A DNA stretch of 64,000 nucleotides, taken from NCBI GenBank assembly GCA_963712745.1, contig CAVQJC010000020.1, positions 544,001-608,000 on the forward strand. Reading direction: 5' to 3'. Below, one piece after another: positions 38,339 through 47,967 of the stretch (position 1 is the stretch's first letter; each line of letters begins with the position of its first letter). The notes beneath the pieces were generated by a model, which had not been told where the DNA came from, searched no databases, and saw nothing but the letters and a program-made list of their open reading frames with translations. This DNA comes from an uncultured Chloroflexia bacterium (GTDB lineage: Bacteria > Chloroflexota > Limnocylindria > Limnocylindrales > CSP1-4). The position numbers and the translations under genes were made by a program.

Positions 38339-39022
38339 TCAGTCGGAGACGTCGTCGTCGGGGGCGCCCAGGTCGGCCAACGGCAGGGTCACGGTGATGG
38401 TCGCCCCCTCACCGGGCACCGAATCGACCGCGATGGAGCCCCCCGCACCGTCGACGAACGGGGCCAGCGCCGATAGCCCGTTCCCGCTGCCACCGCGGTC
38501 GCTCTTGGTCGTGAAGCCGACCTCGAAGAGATGCTCGAGCGCTTCTGGGCTGAAACCGGGCCCCGTGTCGGCCACGATGATCTGGCCCTCATCGGCACTG
38601 GGACGAGCCGTGCGCACGGTGAGCCGGCCACCAGCTTCCATGGCGTCCCGCGCGTTGAGCGCGAGGTTGAGCACGATGCGCTCGATGCGCAGCTTGGAGA
38701 TGGTCACGTAGGCGCCGTCTGCGTCGGTCTCGAGGACCAGTTCGAGCGACCGCGGCAGCAGCGCATCCAATAGCCGCCGCATGGCCGAGACGCTGGTATC
38801 GAGGTTGACGGCCACGAGCGTGTCGGAGGTGTCGTTGCCATCGAGCTGGTCGATGAGGTCGAAGATGGTGGCGGTGACCACGACGCAGTGGGCGATGTCC
38901 TCACGCGATGGGTCTTCGGGTGAGATGCCGCGCAGCGCCAGCTCGGCATGACCGCGCACGGCCGTCAGCAGGTTGCGCATGTCGTGGGTGATCGAACGGA
39001 TGGCGTCGGGACCGGGCTCCAT
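38339..39022 (-). CDS. Histidine kinase core (HisKA + HATPase), no sensor domain
   Basis: H-box HDMRNLL, N-box LNLALNARDAM, DTGPG, FTTK and G.GL motifs. Confidence 0.88.
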   Translation of the reverse strand: MEPGPDAIRSITHDMRNLLTAVRGHAELALRGISPEDPSREDIAHCVVVTATIFDLIDQLDGNDTSDTLVAVNLDTSVSAMRRLLDALLPRSLELVLETDADGAYVTISKLRIERIVLNLALNARDAMEAGGRLTVRTARPSADEGQIIVADTGPGFSPEALEHLFEVGFTTKSDRGGSGNGLSALAPFVDGAGGSIAVDSVPGEGATITVTLPLADLGAPDDDVSD

Positions 39023-39071
39023 GCCCCTGAGGATAAGAGGACCGGCCGAACGACGCTGGCATACTCAGCGC

Positions 39072-39998
39072 ATGGGAGGCAAACCCGGTACCGAAACCAC
39101 CAAGACCCACGGCGGCCTCGACTTGGCCGGCAGCGCCAGTGTCGCGCTCGAGCGCAGGCTCGGTCGCCGCACCAGGCGCCAGCTGCGGGGCAAGCTGCTC
39201 GGTCGAACCCACCTGCTGCCCGACTTCCTCGTCATCGGCGCCTTGCGCTGTGGCGCGGTCCGGCTGTTTCACCAGCTGGAGGCCCATCCCAACCTCCTCG
39301 AGAGCCCGACGGCCACGCACTTCTTCCACTCGCACCGGTACACCTATGGCACCGGCTGGTACCGGCTGCGCTTCCCGGCCAACAAGGTTCGGCGCGAGGC
39401 CTACAGGCGTGGCCTGCATCCGGTCCTGACGGGCGAAGCAGACCCCAGCTACCTGGCCCATCCGGCAGCCCCCACCCGCGTGGCGCGCGCCGTACCCGGA
39501 GCCAGGCTGCTGGTGCTGCTGCGCGATCCGACCGAGCGGGCGGTCTCGCACTGGGCCTGGCGGCGGCGGCATGCCCTCGAGACACGCGACTTTCGTGCGG
39601 TCGTCGAGGCCGAGATCGGGCCGCCCGGCGATGAGGGCGGCATCCGCGTGCCCATCGACAAGGCCTACGAGGACCCGCTCGTGGTGCGCCGCGGCCTGTA
39701 CCAGGCGTCACTCGAGCGCTGGCGGACGCACTTCCCCGACGACCAGCTCCTGGTCATCGAGACGGAGCGATGGTTCGATGATCCCGCGCCCGTCATAGGC
39801 GATGTCTGTGACTTCCTTGGCCTGCCGCGGCCCACGACCCCGTTGCCGGCACCGCCTGCCGATGACGATGTCGACGACTCGCTCGACCCGGTCGATGAGG
39901 ACGTCGTGGCCCGCCTGCGGACGTTCTATCGAGCGCACAACGAGGAGCTCGCCCGGTACCTCGATCTGGAGCTTGACTGGGACGATCGGAGCGCCTGA
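39072..39998 (+). CDS. Sulfotransferase family protein (degenerate 5'-PSB loop)
   Basis: PDFLVIGALRCG, GEADPSY, LLRDPTERAVSHW and FY..HN.EL motifs. Confidence 0.8.
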   Translation: MGGKPGTETTKTHGGLDLAGSASVALERRLGRRTRRQLRGKLLGRTHLLPDFLVIGALRCGAVRLFHQLEAHPNLLESPTATHFFHSHRYTYGTGWYRLRFPANKVRREAYRRGLHPVLTGEADPSYLAHPAAPTRVARAVPGARLLVLLRDPTERAVSHWAWRRRHALETRDFRAVVEAEIGPPGDEGGIRVPIDKAYEDPLVVRRGLYQASLERWRTHFPDDQLLVIETERWFDDPAPVIGDVCDFLGLPRPTTPLPAPPADDDVDDSLDPVDEDVVARLRTFYRAHNEELARYLDLELDWDDRSA

Positions 39999-40107
39999 TC
40001 CTGCCGGCTTCGCACCCGGGAACGGGGCCGGGGGGTACCGATGGTGACCGAACGCACCGTACCAATGGCCCGCAGATGCGGAGAAGTGTGGAGCGGTCTA
40101 ATCTGAC

Positions 40108-42849
40108 GTGTCGATGTCCTGCTTCCGCGGGCCGAAGCGCGCCGTGCTCACTGCGCTAGGCCTATCTCTGCTGCTGCTCACCGGGGGTCTGGCGCTCGCG
40201 CCCGGACGGACGGCCCTCGCGGCCGACCCATGGGCGGGCGGCCCGCCCTCCGGAGCCCTGACCGTCGAGATCGATCCGGTGACGGGTGAGTCCGCGGCGA
40301 CCGCCGGCGCTCCCGGCACGTCTGCGTACGAGGATGCCTGCACCAGCGGTTTCTCTGACGTCGACAGCAAGGTCGACATGTCCCTGCACGGGGTCGCGCT
40401 CATGGGTCGCGGTGCGATCGCCGTCGGCTACATGCGAAGTCGCGACAACGACGAATCCGGGCGGCGCGAAATCGCCACCATCGTCAATCACGGGAGCCAG
40501 TGGGACCGCCTGCCGCCGCTCAGCCCCGGCGACGAGGACGGCCTCATGGCCGTAGCCTCACGCGACGGTGCGGCCACCTGGGCCGTGGGCTTCACCATCA
40601 AGCGGAGCCGCCTGATGCCGCAGGCGATGCGCTGGAACGGTCGCTCCTGGAAGTCCGACCGGCCCCGCATCGGCGGCAACCTGCCAGCCATGCTCACCGA
40701 CGTGACCATCGTCGGCGGCGCCAGCCCGCTGGCCGTTGGCTACCGCCTTGTTGCGGGCGGCAAGCGCAAGCCGCTGGTCGTGCGCAAGGACGGCAAGCGC
40801 TGGATCACGCTGCCCATCAAGACCGGCAGGAACGAGTCGATCAGCCTCAATGCGGTGGCCATCGACCGGCGCGGCGGCACCTGGGTCGTGGGCCACGGCG
40901 GCAACGGCGCGGAGGTCAAGCCGGTCGTGTACCGGCGCGGCGGCGGGGGCTGGACGCGTTTCCCCATGCCCGAACTGGATGGTGAGGCCGTCCTCACCGA
41001 TGTCGTGGCCGTTGACCGCAAGGACAGCTGGGCCGTCGGCTACCACCGCCACGATGGTCGCTCGGAAGCGCTCGTGCTGCGCTTCGACGGCAAGCGCTGG
41101 CACAAGGTCGATGCGCCCGGGTGGGCCTCCAACGAGGTCCTGCTCTCTGCCGTCTCGGCCGACCCGGCCGGTGGCGTGTGGGCCGTGGGCGCGGCCTGGG
41201 ACGACGAGTACAAGAGCCACGAGGCCGTCGCCGCCTGGTGGGACGGCCGCGCCTGGAACGAGGTGGCGGGCCGCGCCGGCGGGACCGAGCTGCACGATGT
41301 CGTCGGATCGCTCGACGATGACGGCTGGGCCGTGGGCCGCTCGGGCCAGTCCGCGCGTGCCACGCGTGTGTGCACGCCCCCTCAGGCGGGCGTCTTCGGG
41401 GCTTCGGGGCCGCTGCCCGAGCCGGGCCTGACCGCCTCCATCGCGGGCCTTGGCCCGACAGAGGCAGCCACTCTGGCAGGCGGAGCCGATCCGGCCGAGG
41501 GAGCCACCGCCGAGATCGAGGACACGGACATCGAGCTCGCCAGCACCGCCGACGTGGCCGTGGTCGATGAGCCGGTCGGGACCGAGGAGTCGTCGGCCGG
41601 CGCCGCCAAGAGCAAGCCATCGGGCAAGACCAAGAAGAAGCCGACCCGCAGGGCTGCCCAGGGCAAGGCCAGGGTCGTCCGTGTCAAGACCGGTTCGCTG
41701 CCGCCCGCCCGGCCGGACAAGTCCATCTACGCGGTCGACGTGGCCCGCGGGGTGGGACTGTACGAGGAGACCAGCACCTACGGCGCTGTCGTCGACGACT
41801 TCGACGGCGACGGTACCGACGATCTCTTCATCGGTCGTCACGGCCGTCCCGGCCGGCTCATGCTCGACCGGGACGGTCGCTACGAAGAGCACGAGGCCTT
41901 GAGCCTCGCCTCCTACGACCGCCACGGCTGCACCAGCGCCGATATCGATGGCAGCGGCCTGCCCGACCTCTACTGTGCAGTCGGTGGCAAGCGCGGATCA
42001 GGGCTCAAGGCCAACGAGCTGATCCTCGACCCCGGCAGCGCCGAACCCCGTGAGGTCGCGGTCGAGTTCGGCGTCTCCGACCCCACCGGCCGGGGTCGCG
42101 TGGCCGCCTTCCTCGAGACCAGCGAGGGCCCTGGCACCAGGCTCGTGGTGGCGAACGCACCCGTCCGCGTGGACGGCCTGCCCTCGCTGGGACGCACCTA
42201 CACCGTCCGTGGGGATGGCCAGTTCGTGGCCCGGGCGCGGCCCGGCTTCGAGCCGCGCGTCGGTGGCCTCGCCTCCCAGAGCGCGGACTACGACGGTGAT
42301 GGGCGGGAGGATCTGCTGCTCATCGCCGGCGGCCAGGCTACCGGCAGCCGGGTCCTGACCAAGCTCTACCGCAACACGCCACGCGGGCTGGTCGACGTCA
42401 CCCGCAAGCTCGGCATCCGCCCCTTCAACGAGGTCGACGCCGAGCTGGTCGACGTCAACAAGGACGGCAAGCTCGACCTCGTGCAGCTGTCGGAGACCAA
42501 GCTTCGCATCAGCGTCCTGCGGCGGGGCAGGTTCAAGCAGGTCTACCAGCGCCGCCTGACCAACGGGCGCGCCGTGGCCGGTGGCGATGTCAACGGCGAC
42601 GGTCGCAACGACCTCTACATCGTGCGCACACACTATGACCGCAACTATCCGGACGTCATGCTCGTGAACCGGGGCCAGGGAGGGCGCTGGTCCTCGCTGG
42701 CCATCCCCCAGACCGGACGTGGCGGAGGCGACGACGCCGTGGCCTTCGACCATGATGGCAACGGGCTCGACGACTTCCTCGTGCTCAACGGACGCAACGG
42801 CCGCGGCCCCATCCAGCTCATCGCCTTCTATCCGCGCCAGGCGCGATAG
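40108..42849 (+). CDS. Secreted protein with repeated WAVG blades and C-terminal FG-GAP/VCBS repeats
   Basis: Signal peptide, repeated WAVG...RWNG..W units, and DFDGDG.DDL, DVNKDG.LDL and DVNGDGRNDL motifs. Confidence 0.8.
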   Translation: MSMSCFRGPKRAVLTALGLSLLLLTGGLALAPGRTALAADPWAGGPPSGALTVEIDPVTGESAATAGAPGTSAYEDACTSGFSDVDSKVDMSLHGVALMGRGAIAVGYMRSRDNDESGRREIATIVNHGSQWDRLPPLSPGDEDGLMAVASRDGAATWAVGFTIKRSRLMPQAMRWNGRSWKSDRPRIGGNLPAMLTDVTIVGGASPLAVGYRLVAGGKRKPLVVRKDGKRWITLPIKTGRNESISLNAVAIDRRGGTWVVGHGGNGAEVKPVVYRRGGGGWTRFPMPELDGEAVLTDVVAVDRKDSWAVGYHRHDGRSEALVLRFDGKRWHKVDAPGWASNEVLLSAVSADPAGGVWAVGAAWDDEYKSHEAVAAWWDGRAWNEVAGRAGGTELHDVVGSLDDDGWAVGRSGQSARATRVCTPPQAGVFGASGPLPEPGLTASIAGLGPTEAATLAGGADPAEGATAEIEDTDIELASTADVAVVDEPVGTEESSAGAAKSKPSGKTKKKPTRRAAQGKARVVRVKTGSLPPARPDKSIYAVDVARGVGLYEETSTYGAVVDDFDGDGTDDLFIGRHGRPGRLMLDRDGRYEEHEALSLASYDRHGCTSADIDGSGLPDLYCAVGGKRGSGLKANELILDPGSAEPREVAVEFGVSDPTGRGRVAAFLETSEGPGTRLVVANAPVRVDGLPSLGRTYTVRGDGQFVARARPGFEPRVGGLASQSADYDGDGREDLLLIAGGQATGSRVLTKLYRNTPRGLVDVTRKLGIRPFNEVDAELVDVNKDGKLDLVQLSETKLRISVLRRGRFKQVYQRRLTNGRAVAGGDVNGDGRNDLYIVRTHYDRNYPDVMLVNRGQGGRWSSLAIPQTGRGGGDDAVAFDHDGNGLDDFLVLNGRNGRGPIQLIAFYPRQAR

Positions 42850-43709
42850 GTCTCGCCAGTCTCCCCTGGCTCCCCCGGACTGCCCAGCTTCGGCGGCCGA
42901 CTGTGCCGCCAGACGGCGGTGCCGATGCCGGCCGCGATGAGCGCGGCCCCGATGAGCATGGCCGTGGGCACCCCCAGGACCGTCCAGTTCCAGCCCTCGC
43001 GGAAGAGCTCGAGGACCAGCCGCACGCTGCCGTACCAGACCATCCAGAAGGAGGCCAGGTCGCCGTCGAGCAGCCGGTCGCCGAATCTCCGCGCCACGAC
43101 CAGCGCGATGATGCCACCGGCGATGGTGAGCGCCGACTCGTAGAAGAAGAGGGGGTGGAAGCCGGTGGTCTCGAAGGGATACGCCGAGCACGGGTACTGC
43201 GCGACGCGGTGGGCACACTCGATGGTGATGCCCCAGGGCAGGTCGGTCGGCGGGCCGTAGAGCTCCTGGTTGAAGAAGTTGCCCCAGCGGGCGATGCCCT
43301 GGGCCAGGAGCGTGCCTGGCACGACCACGTCGAGCGCGCGGCCGAGTGGGACGGACTTGCCCCGGACGTAGACCCAGATGCCGATGGCCGCGCCGATGAT
43401 GCCGCCGTACAGGCCCAGCCCGGAGTAGGGCGGCAGGACCACCTTCAACGGATCGCCGGCATAAGTGTCCCATTCACCCGCGACGTGGTAGAGCCGGGCG
43501 CCGACGAGCGCGAAGATGCCCACCACCACGATGGCGTTGGTCACCAGGCCCGGGTCCAGGCCCTTGCGCCGGGCTTCCGACTGGCTGACCAGGAGCATGA
43601 CCGCGATGGCGACGACGTAGCCCAGACCGTAGATGCCGAGGGTCAAGGGGCCGAGCTCGATCCCGGCAGGCGGGACGATCTCGATCAGCGCGAGCAGTTG
43701 GGGCGGCAC
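42828..43709 (-). CDS. lgt: Prolipoprotein diacylglyceryl transferase
   Basis: YGL, GARLYHV, GL..YGG, AQGIARWGNFFNQELYG.PT.LPWG and HP.FFYES motifs. Confidence 0.95.
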   Translation of the reverse strand: MPPQLLALIEIVPPAGIELGPLTLGIYGLGYVVAIAVMLLVSQSEARRKGLDPGLVTNAIVVVGIFALVGARLYHVAGEWDTYAGDPLKVVLPPYSGLGLYGGIIGAAIGIWVYVRGKSVPLGRALDVVVPGTLLAQGIARWGNFFNQELYGPPTDLPWGITIECAHRVAQYPCSAYPFETTGFHPLFFYESALTIAGGIIALVVARRFGDRLLDGDLASFWMVWYGSVRLVLELFREGWNWTVLGVPTAMLIGAALIAAGIGTAVWRHSRPPKLGSPGEPGETGETYRAWRG

Positions 43710-43773
43710 CGCGAGAGGATAGCCGAGCGCTGCCTGGGCCCACTGTGCGGGCGCTCACGATATGCTCGCGCGC

Positions 43774-44184
43774 ATGATCGAAAGCTGGGCCATGTGGCTG
43801 TTACTGGTGGGGCTGGCCATCGGCGCGACCGCGACGGGCGTGCTGCTCGTCCGCCTGCCGCGGGCCAAGGACGACATCGGGGCCGACGAACGCCGGATAG
43901 AGGCGTCGTGGATCGCACAGACCATCGAGCAGCACGGCGGCGTGGCGCCACCCTCCCTCGTGGAAGAGGTGCTCGAGCTGGATGCGGCGTACCGGCAGCT
44001 GCAGCGGCCACCGCTACCGCCAGGGGCTGAACCGCCAGCTCCCTTGGCCGTTGCGCCACCACCCGGCTACGCGCCCCCACCTGGCTACGCGCCCCCACCT
44101 GGCTACGCGCCCCCACCGGGCTACTCGCCGCCGCCTCCGCCTCCGCCGGGCTACCCGCCGCCACCTCCGCCGGCGGGGCGCTAG
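43774..44184 (+). CDS. Small single-TM protein with a Pro-rich PPPGY-repeat tail
   Basis: N-terminal TM and 18-bp coding repeats (APPPGY) at about 44053-44160. Confidence 0.7.
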   Translation: MIESWAMWLLLVGLAIGATATGVLLVRLPRAKDDIGADERRIEASWIAQTIEQHGGVAPPSLVEEVLELDAAYRQLQRPPLPPGAEPPAPLAVAPPPGYAPPPGYAPPPGYAPPPGYSPPPPPPPGYPPPPPPAGR

Positions 44185-44214
44185 CCGAACGGCATCCGCA
44201 GCCGGCGGCCCCGC

Positions 44215-44553
44215 CTATCCCGACCGGTCCTCGCCCGCGCCCCAGCCGGCGACACGGCGGGGCTCGCCCGCGAGCGAGCCGGGCGGCAGATGAGCCTCCA
44301 GGCAGATGACCCCGGTCGGGCCCACGTCCGCACCGTGGAGCGTTCCCGCAGGCAGATCGAGCCGGTCGGCGGTGTCGAGCAGGACGTCCCGGCCGAGCTG
44401 GGGCAGGTGGAAGGTGATGGAACCGGCGGCAGCCACCAGCACCTTGTCGTAGGGGTGGCGATGCTGGCCGTAGTGGTCGAAGGGTCCGTTGCCCCAGGAA
44501 GAAGCGTCGAGCCCCTCCCCCTTCAGACGAGCGCGCAGGTCGGCCTCGCTCAC
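44215..44553 (-). CDS. Small cupin-fold protein
   Basis: W.NGP...Y..H.HPYDKVL...GSITF...DRLDLPAGTLH.A.VG..G..CLE; GTGA overlap with the VIT1 gene. Confidence 0.75.
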   Translation of the reverse strand: MSEADLRARLKGEGLDASSWGNGPFDHYGQHRHPYDKVLVAAAGSITFHLPQLGRDVLLDTADRLDLPAGTLHGADVGPTGVICLEAHLPPGSLAGEPRRVAGWGAGEDRSG

Positions 44554-45722
44554 CCGACCACCGAAACGCCGATGATGCTGCCCACGACGTACGTCACCAG
44601 GGCCGCGGCGCCGCCGATGGCGACCTGGCGGATCCCGCTGAAGAGCAGGCCCCGCCCGGTCAGCAGGCTCACCAGCGCCCCCACGATGAACAGCGCGGTC
44701 AGCGCCAGGACCGTCGAGATGAGGATGGCCGCGAGCCCGTCGGTCAGGAGGAACGGTGCCAGAGGGATCAGCGCGCCCAGCGCGAATGCGGCGAACGAGT
44801 AGGACGCAGCACCCCAGGGCGAACCCAGCTCATCGGGATCGAGGCCCAGCTCCTCGCGGATCTTGGTGTCGAGCGCGTGCTCGGGATCCTGCATCAGGCG
44901 GGCTGCGACCATGTCGGCCTCGTCTTCCGACAGGCCCTTCGAGCGGTAGAGGGCGGACAGCTCCTCCTGCTCCTTCTCGGGCATGAAGCGGAGCTCCTCG
45001 CGCTCCAGCTCGATCTGGCGCTCGAAGAGCTCCTTCTGGCTCTGCATGCTGATGTACTCGCCGGCGGCCATGCTGAAGGCACCCGCCAGCAGTCCGGCGA
45101 TGCCGGCCAGCACGATCATGCTGTTGTCAGTGGCAGCTCCGGCGAAGCCCATGACCAGCGCAAGGTTGCTGACGAGGCCGTCGTTGATACCGAAGACCGC
45201 GGCACGCAGCGTTCCGCTCTGGCCGGCGGCGCGGTGCCACGACTCGTCACGGATGGCGATCTCGGCCGCGGCCGCGGCTTCGGGGCTGCCGGGCTCGACG
45301 CCGGGCATGCCCATGTCGAGGCGCTTCCAGATGGCGGCGTGCTCGCGCTCATCGGCGGCGATGGCCTGCATCTCGAGTCCCTCGAGGCCCTCGTACAGCT
45401 CCAGCTCGTCGCCCTCGAGCGCCTTGACCATGCCCGACACGGACTTGGTGCCGAAGACACGGGCACAGGCCAGCACCGCCCGCACCCGCCAGCGCGGCGG
45501 CTCCATGGGCGGGACCTCAGCGCCGCGATTCTCGATGCGCGAGGCCCAGACGAACGCGTGCCGCCGCTCGTTGCTGCCGATGGCATGGAAGGCATCGGCG
45601 CGGATGGGGTCCTTCTCGAGCTCCGCCAGCCCGTCGTACAGCTGCACAGCGTCGCGCTCGAGCTTGAGGTTGTGGAGGCAGCGCTGAAGATCGGCCGGAT
45701 CGGTCGACTGGGTCGTGGTCAC
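44550..45722 (-). CDS. VIT1/CCC1 family iron transporter with an N-terminal ferritin/rubrerythrin-like domain
   Basis: ExxH motifs (E.RH, DEREH), LRAAVFGINDGLVSN and GAFSMAAGEYIS. Confidence 0.92.
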   Translation of the reverse strand: MTTTQSTDPADLQRCLHNLKLERDAVQLYDGLAELEKDPIRADAFHAIGSNERRHAFVWASRIENRGAEVPPMEPPRWRVRAVLACARVFGTKSVSGMVKALEGDELELYEGLEGLEMQAIAADEREHAAIWKRLDMGMPGVEPGSPEAAAAAEIAIRDESWHRAAGQSGTLRAAVFGINDGLVSNLALVMGFAGAATDNSMIVLAGIAGLLAGAFSMAAGEYISMQSQKELFERQIELEREELRFMPEKEQEELSALYRSKGLSEDEADMVAARLMQDPEHALDTKIREELGLDPDELGSPWGAASYSFAAFALGALIPLAPFLLTDGLAAILISTVLALTALFIVGALVSLLTGRGLLFSGIRQVAIGGAAALVTYVVGSIIGVSVVG

Positions 45723-45763
45723 CCCTCCATCGTATCGGTCCGGGGCGGCCCTAGACTTGGCCG

Positions 45764-46753
45764 ATGGACATCCCTCCCCTGCGCTACCTCTCGGCGGCCG
45801 ACGTGCTCGCCGCCATGCCGGCCATCGACGAGCGCCTGCAGCTTGCGGCCACGACCATGCTCGCGCTTGCGGCTGACGCCCAACTGCCGCCCAAGATCGG
45901 GGTCGACCCCGCGCCGGCCGACTCCTTCGCGCACGCCATGCCGGCCTGGGCGCGCGGCGAAGCCGCTGACGGGTCGGCCGACCTGCTGGGCATGAAGTGG
46001 GTGGTGGGCTTCCCGGAGAACGCCCGACGCGGTCTACCTGCCATCTCCGCCTCCACCATCGTGAGCGATGCGCTGACGGGCCTGCCGCGCGGCATCCTCG
46101 ACGCCGGCGCCATCACCGCCTATCGCACCGCAGCCGTGAGCGGCCTGGCCATCCGCCACTGGGGTCCCGCGCCAGACGGTCCGGTCGCCATCATCGGGGC
46201 TGGCGTGCAGGCCCGCAGCCACCTGCCGGTCGTGGCTCACCTTCGCCCCGGTACCGACATCGTCCTCTGCGACCGTGACCCGGGCCGCCTGGCACTGCTG
46301 GCCGAGGAGGTGGACGCCGGCGACCACGGCCGGCTGGGGAAGGTCCGCACCGTGGCCGAACCGGCGCTGGCCGTGGCGAACGCGCCGCTGGTCCTGACGC
46401 TGGTGTCGTTCGGCCCCGACCGTCAGTCGATCCCAGAGGCGGCGTTCGCGCCCGGTGCCACGGTCGTGGCCGTGGACTACGACATGTGCGTGCCGGCCTC
46501 GCTGGCCTCGGATGCCGCACTCTTCCTCACCGACGACCGGGGCCAGTACCTGGCCAATCGCACCGAGACGCGATTCGTGGGCTACCGCGAGCCGGACGCC
46601 ACCATCGGCGAAGCCATCGTGGCCGCCACTCCGCGGCCCCGGGGCCGGGTCCTCGTCTCGCACCTGGGCGTGGGCCTGGCCGACGTCGTCTTCGGCGAGG
46701 CCATCCTGCGCGCTGCCGAGCGCCAGGGCATCGGGACCATCCTCGAACGCTGA
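45764..46753 (+). CDS. Ornithine cyclodeaminase / mu-crystallin family protein
   Basis: HAMPA, GMKWV..FPEN, ITAYRTAAVS, IIGAGVQARSH and G.GLADV motifs. Confidence 0.88.
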   Translation: MDIPPLRYLSAADVLAAMPAIDERLQLAATTMLALAADAQLPPKIGVDPAPADSFAHAMPAWARGEAADGSADLLGMKWVVGFPENARRGLPAISASTIVSDALTGLPRGILDAGAITAYRTAAVSGLAIRHWGPAPDGPVAIIGAGVQARSHLPVVAHLRPGTDIVLCDRDPGRLALLAEEVDAGDHGRLGKVRTVAEPALAVANAPLVLTLVSFGPDRQSIPEAAFAPGATVVAVDYDMCVPASLASDAALFLTDDRGQYLANRTETRFVGYREPDATIGEAIVAATPRPRGRVLVSHLGVGLADVVFGEAILRAAERQGIGTILER

Positions 46754-46770
46754 GGGAACGGCGCGGTGGA

Positions 46771-47475
46771 CTACGCCGGAGCCGGACCTCCGGGACCACC
46801 GGGCCCAGGACCGCCGATGCCCGGGTTGCGATAGGCCCCGGGGTCGATGATGTGGTCATCAGGCGTGAGCAGGCGCACTTGCACGACCATGCCGGCAAGC
46901 GACAGCATCACGATGGCCAAGGCACCCAGCAAGCCAAGCTCCTCGCCGCTGAAGATGCCCACGATGCCGTCGCGGAGCTGCGAGTACTCGCTGACACCGA
47001 GCGCCAGGGCCAGTCCGGCCACCGTCGAGGCTGCACCCGCGATGGCCGTGCCGACGATGGCCAGCACCGTGGGCATGCGCAGCAGCAGGAAGGCCACACC
47101 CAAGGCCAGCCCGGCCACGAACCCGAGCGTCATGGTGAGCACGCCCGACTCGCTCAAGCCGATCCAGGCCAGCACGCCGACCGTCAGCTGATAGCCGAGG
47201 ACGCCGCCGAAGATGCCCACGGCCAGCCAGTAGTAGAAGTACGAGAGCACCGCGAAGACCAGCCCCAGCAGGAACCCGCCGGCCCAGCCCAGGACGGTAC
47301 CGAGGAAGGCGTCGCCAAAGATGTGCTCCACGAAGTTGGCCCCGAGCAGGAAGCCACCCAGGAACCCCAGCACCGGCAGCAGGAAGAGGAAGAGGCGAAA
47401 GCCACGCAAGACGAGCGCCAGGCCGATGGCGATGCCGATGACGCCGAGCATGAGGCCGGTGGGGTTCGGGTCCAT
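46771..47475 (-). CDS. DUF4203 (TM7S3/TMEM198-like) membrane protein
   Basis: GFRLF..LLP..GFL.GF..G motif in a Gly-rich multi-TM protein. Confidence 0.75.
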   Translation of the reverse strand: MDPNPTGLMLGVIGIAIGLALVLRGFRLFLFLLPVLGFLGGFLLGANFVEHIFGDAFLGTVLGWAGGFLLGLVFAVLSYFYYWLAVGIFGGVLGYQLTVGVLAWIGLSESGVLTMTLGFVAGLALGVAFLLLRMPTVLAIVGTAIAGAASTVAGLALALGVSEYSQLRDGIVGIFSGEELGLLGALAIVMLSLAGMVVQVRLLTPDDHIIDPGAYRNPGIGGPGPGGPGGPAPA

Positions 47476-47520
47476 ATCACCTACTTGTCGAACAGGGACG
47501 CCGCGCGTCGAAGGAAAGGG

Positions 47521-47871
47521 CTACTCGTTGATGGGGATGTCGCCCTCGGGCAGCTCGATCACGATGTCGGCGCCTTCCTCGCTCACCGGGTACGTCACCA
47601 GTGGCAGATCCGCCGGCGGGTCCAGCGACTCGCCGTCAGAGAGGTCAAAGCGAGACAGGTGCAGGGCGCAGGTCACCGAGCCGGCGCTGAGGAAACCCTT
47701 GTCGAGCTCGAAGTACTCGTGCGAGCAGGTGCCCTGTAGAGCATGAAGGCCTTCCTGGCGGACGAGGAGGATGAGGGTGCCGTCGACCTCGACCATCTGC
47801 ATGGTGCCTTCCTCGAGGTCGGCGGACTTGGCCGCCTTGACGCGGCGGACGGGGCGCATCTCCGATTCCAT
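47521..47871 (-). CDS. Rieske-type [2Fe-2S] ferredoxin
   Basis: CSHE...CALH.SRFDL..G....PP motif. Confidence 0.9.
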   Translation of the reverse strand: MESEMRPVRRVKAAKSADLEEGTMQMVEVDGTLILLVRQEGLHALQGTCSHEYFELDKGFLSAGSVTCALHLSRFDLSDGESLDPPADLPLVTYPVSEEGADIVIELPEGDIPINE

Positions 47872-47899
47872 GAGGGCCAATGGTAGCCGCGCATACGAA

Positions 47900-47930
47900 G
47901 ATCGGCCGGCACTCGCGGTGCCGGCCGATC
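47900..47930 (-). terminator. Hairpin downstream of the second DUF4203 gene
   Basis: GATCGGCCGGCAC-TCGCG-GTGCCGGCCGATC, a perfect 13-bp stem. Confidence 0.55.
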
Positions 47931-47967
47931 CGATGAGCGGCTCAGGGCCGGTCTCATCCCGTGATGG

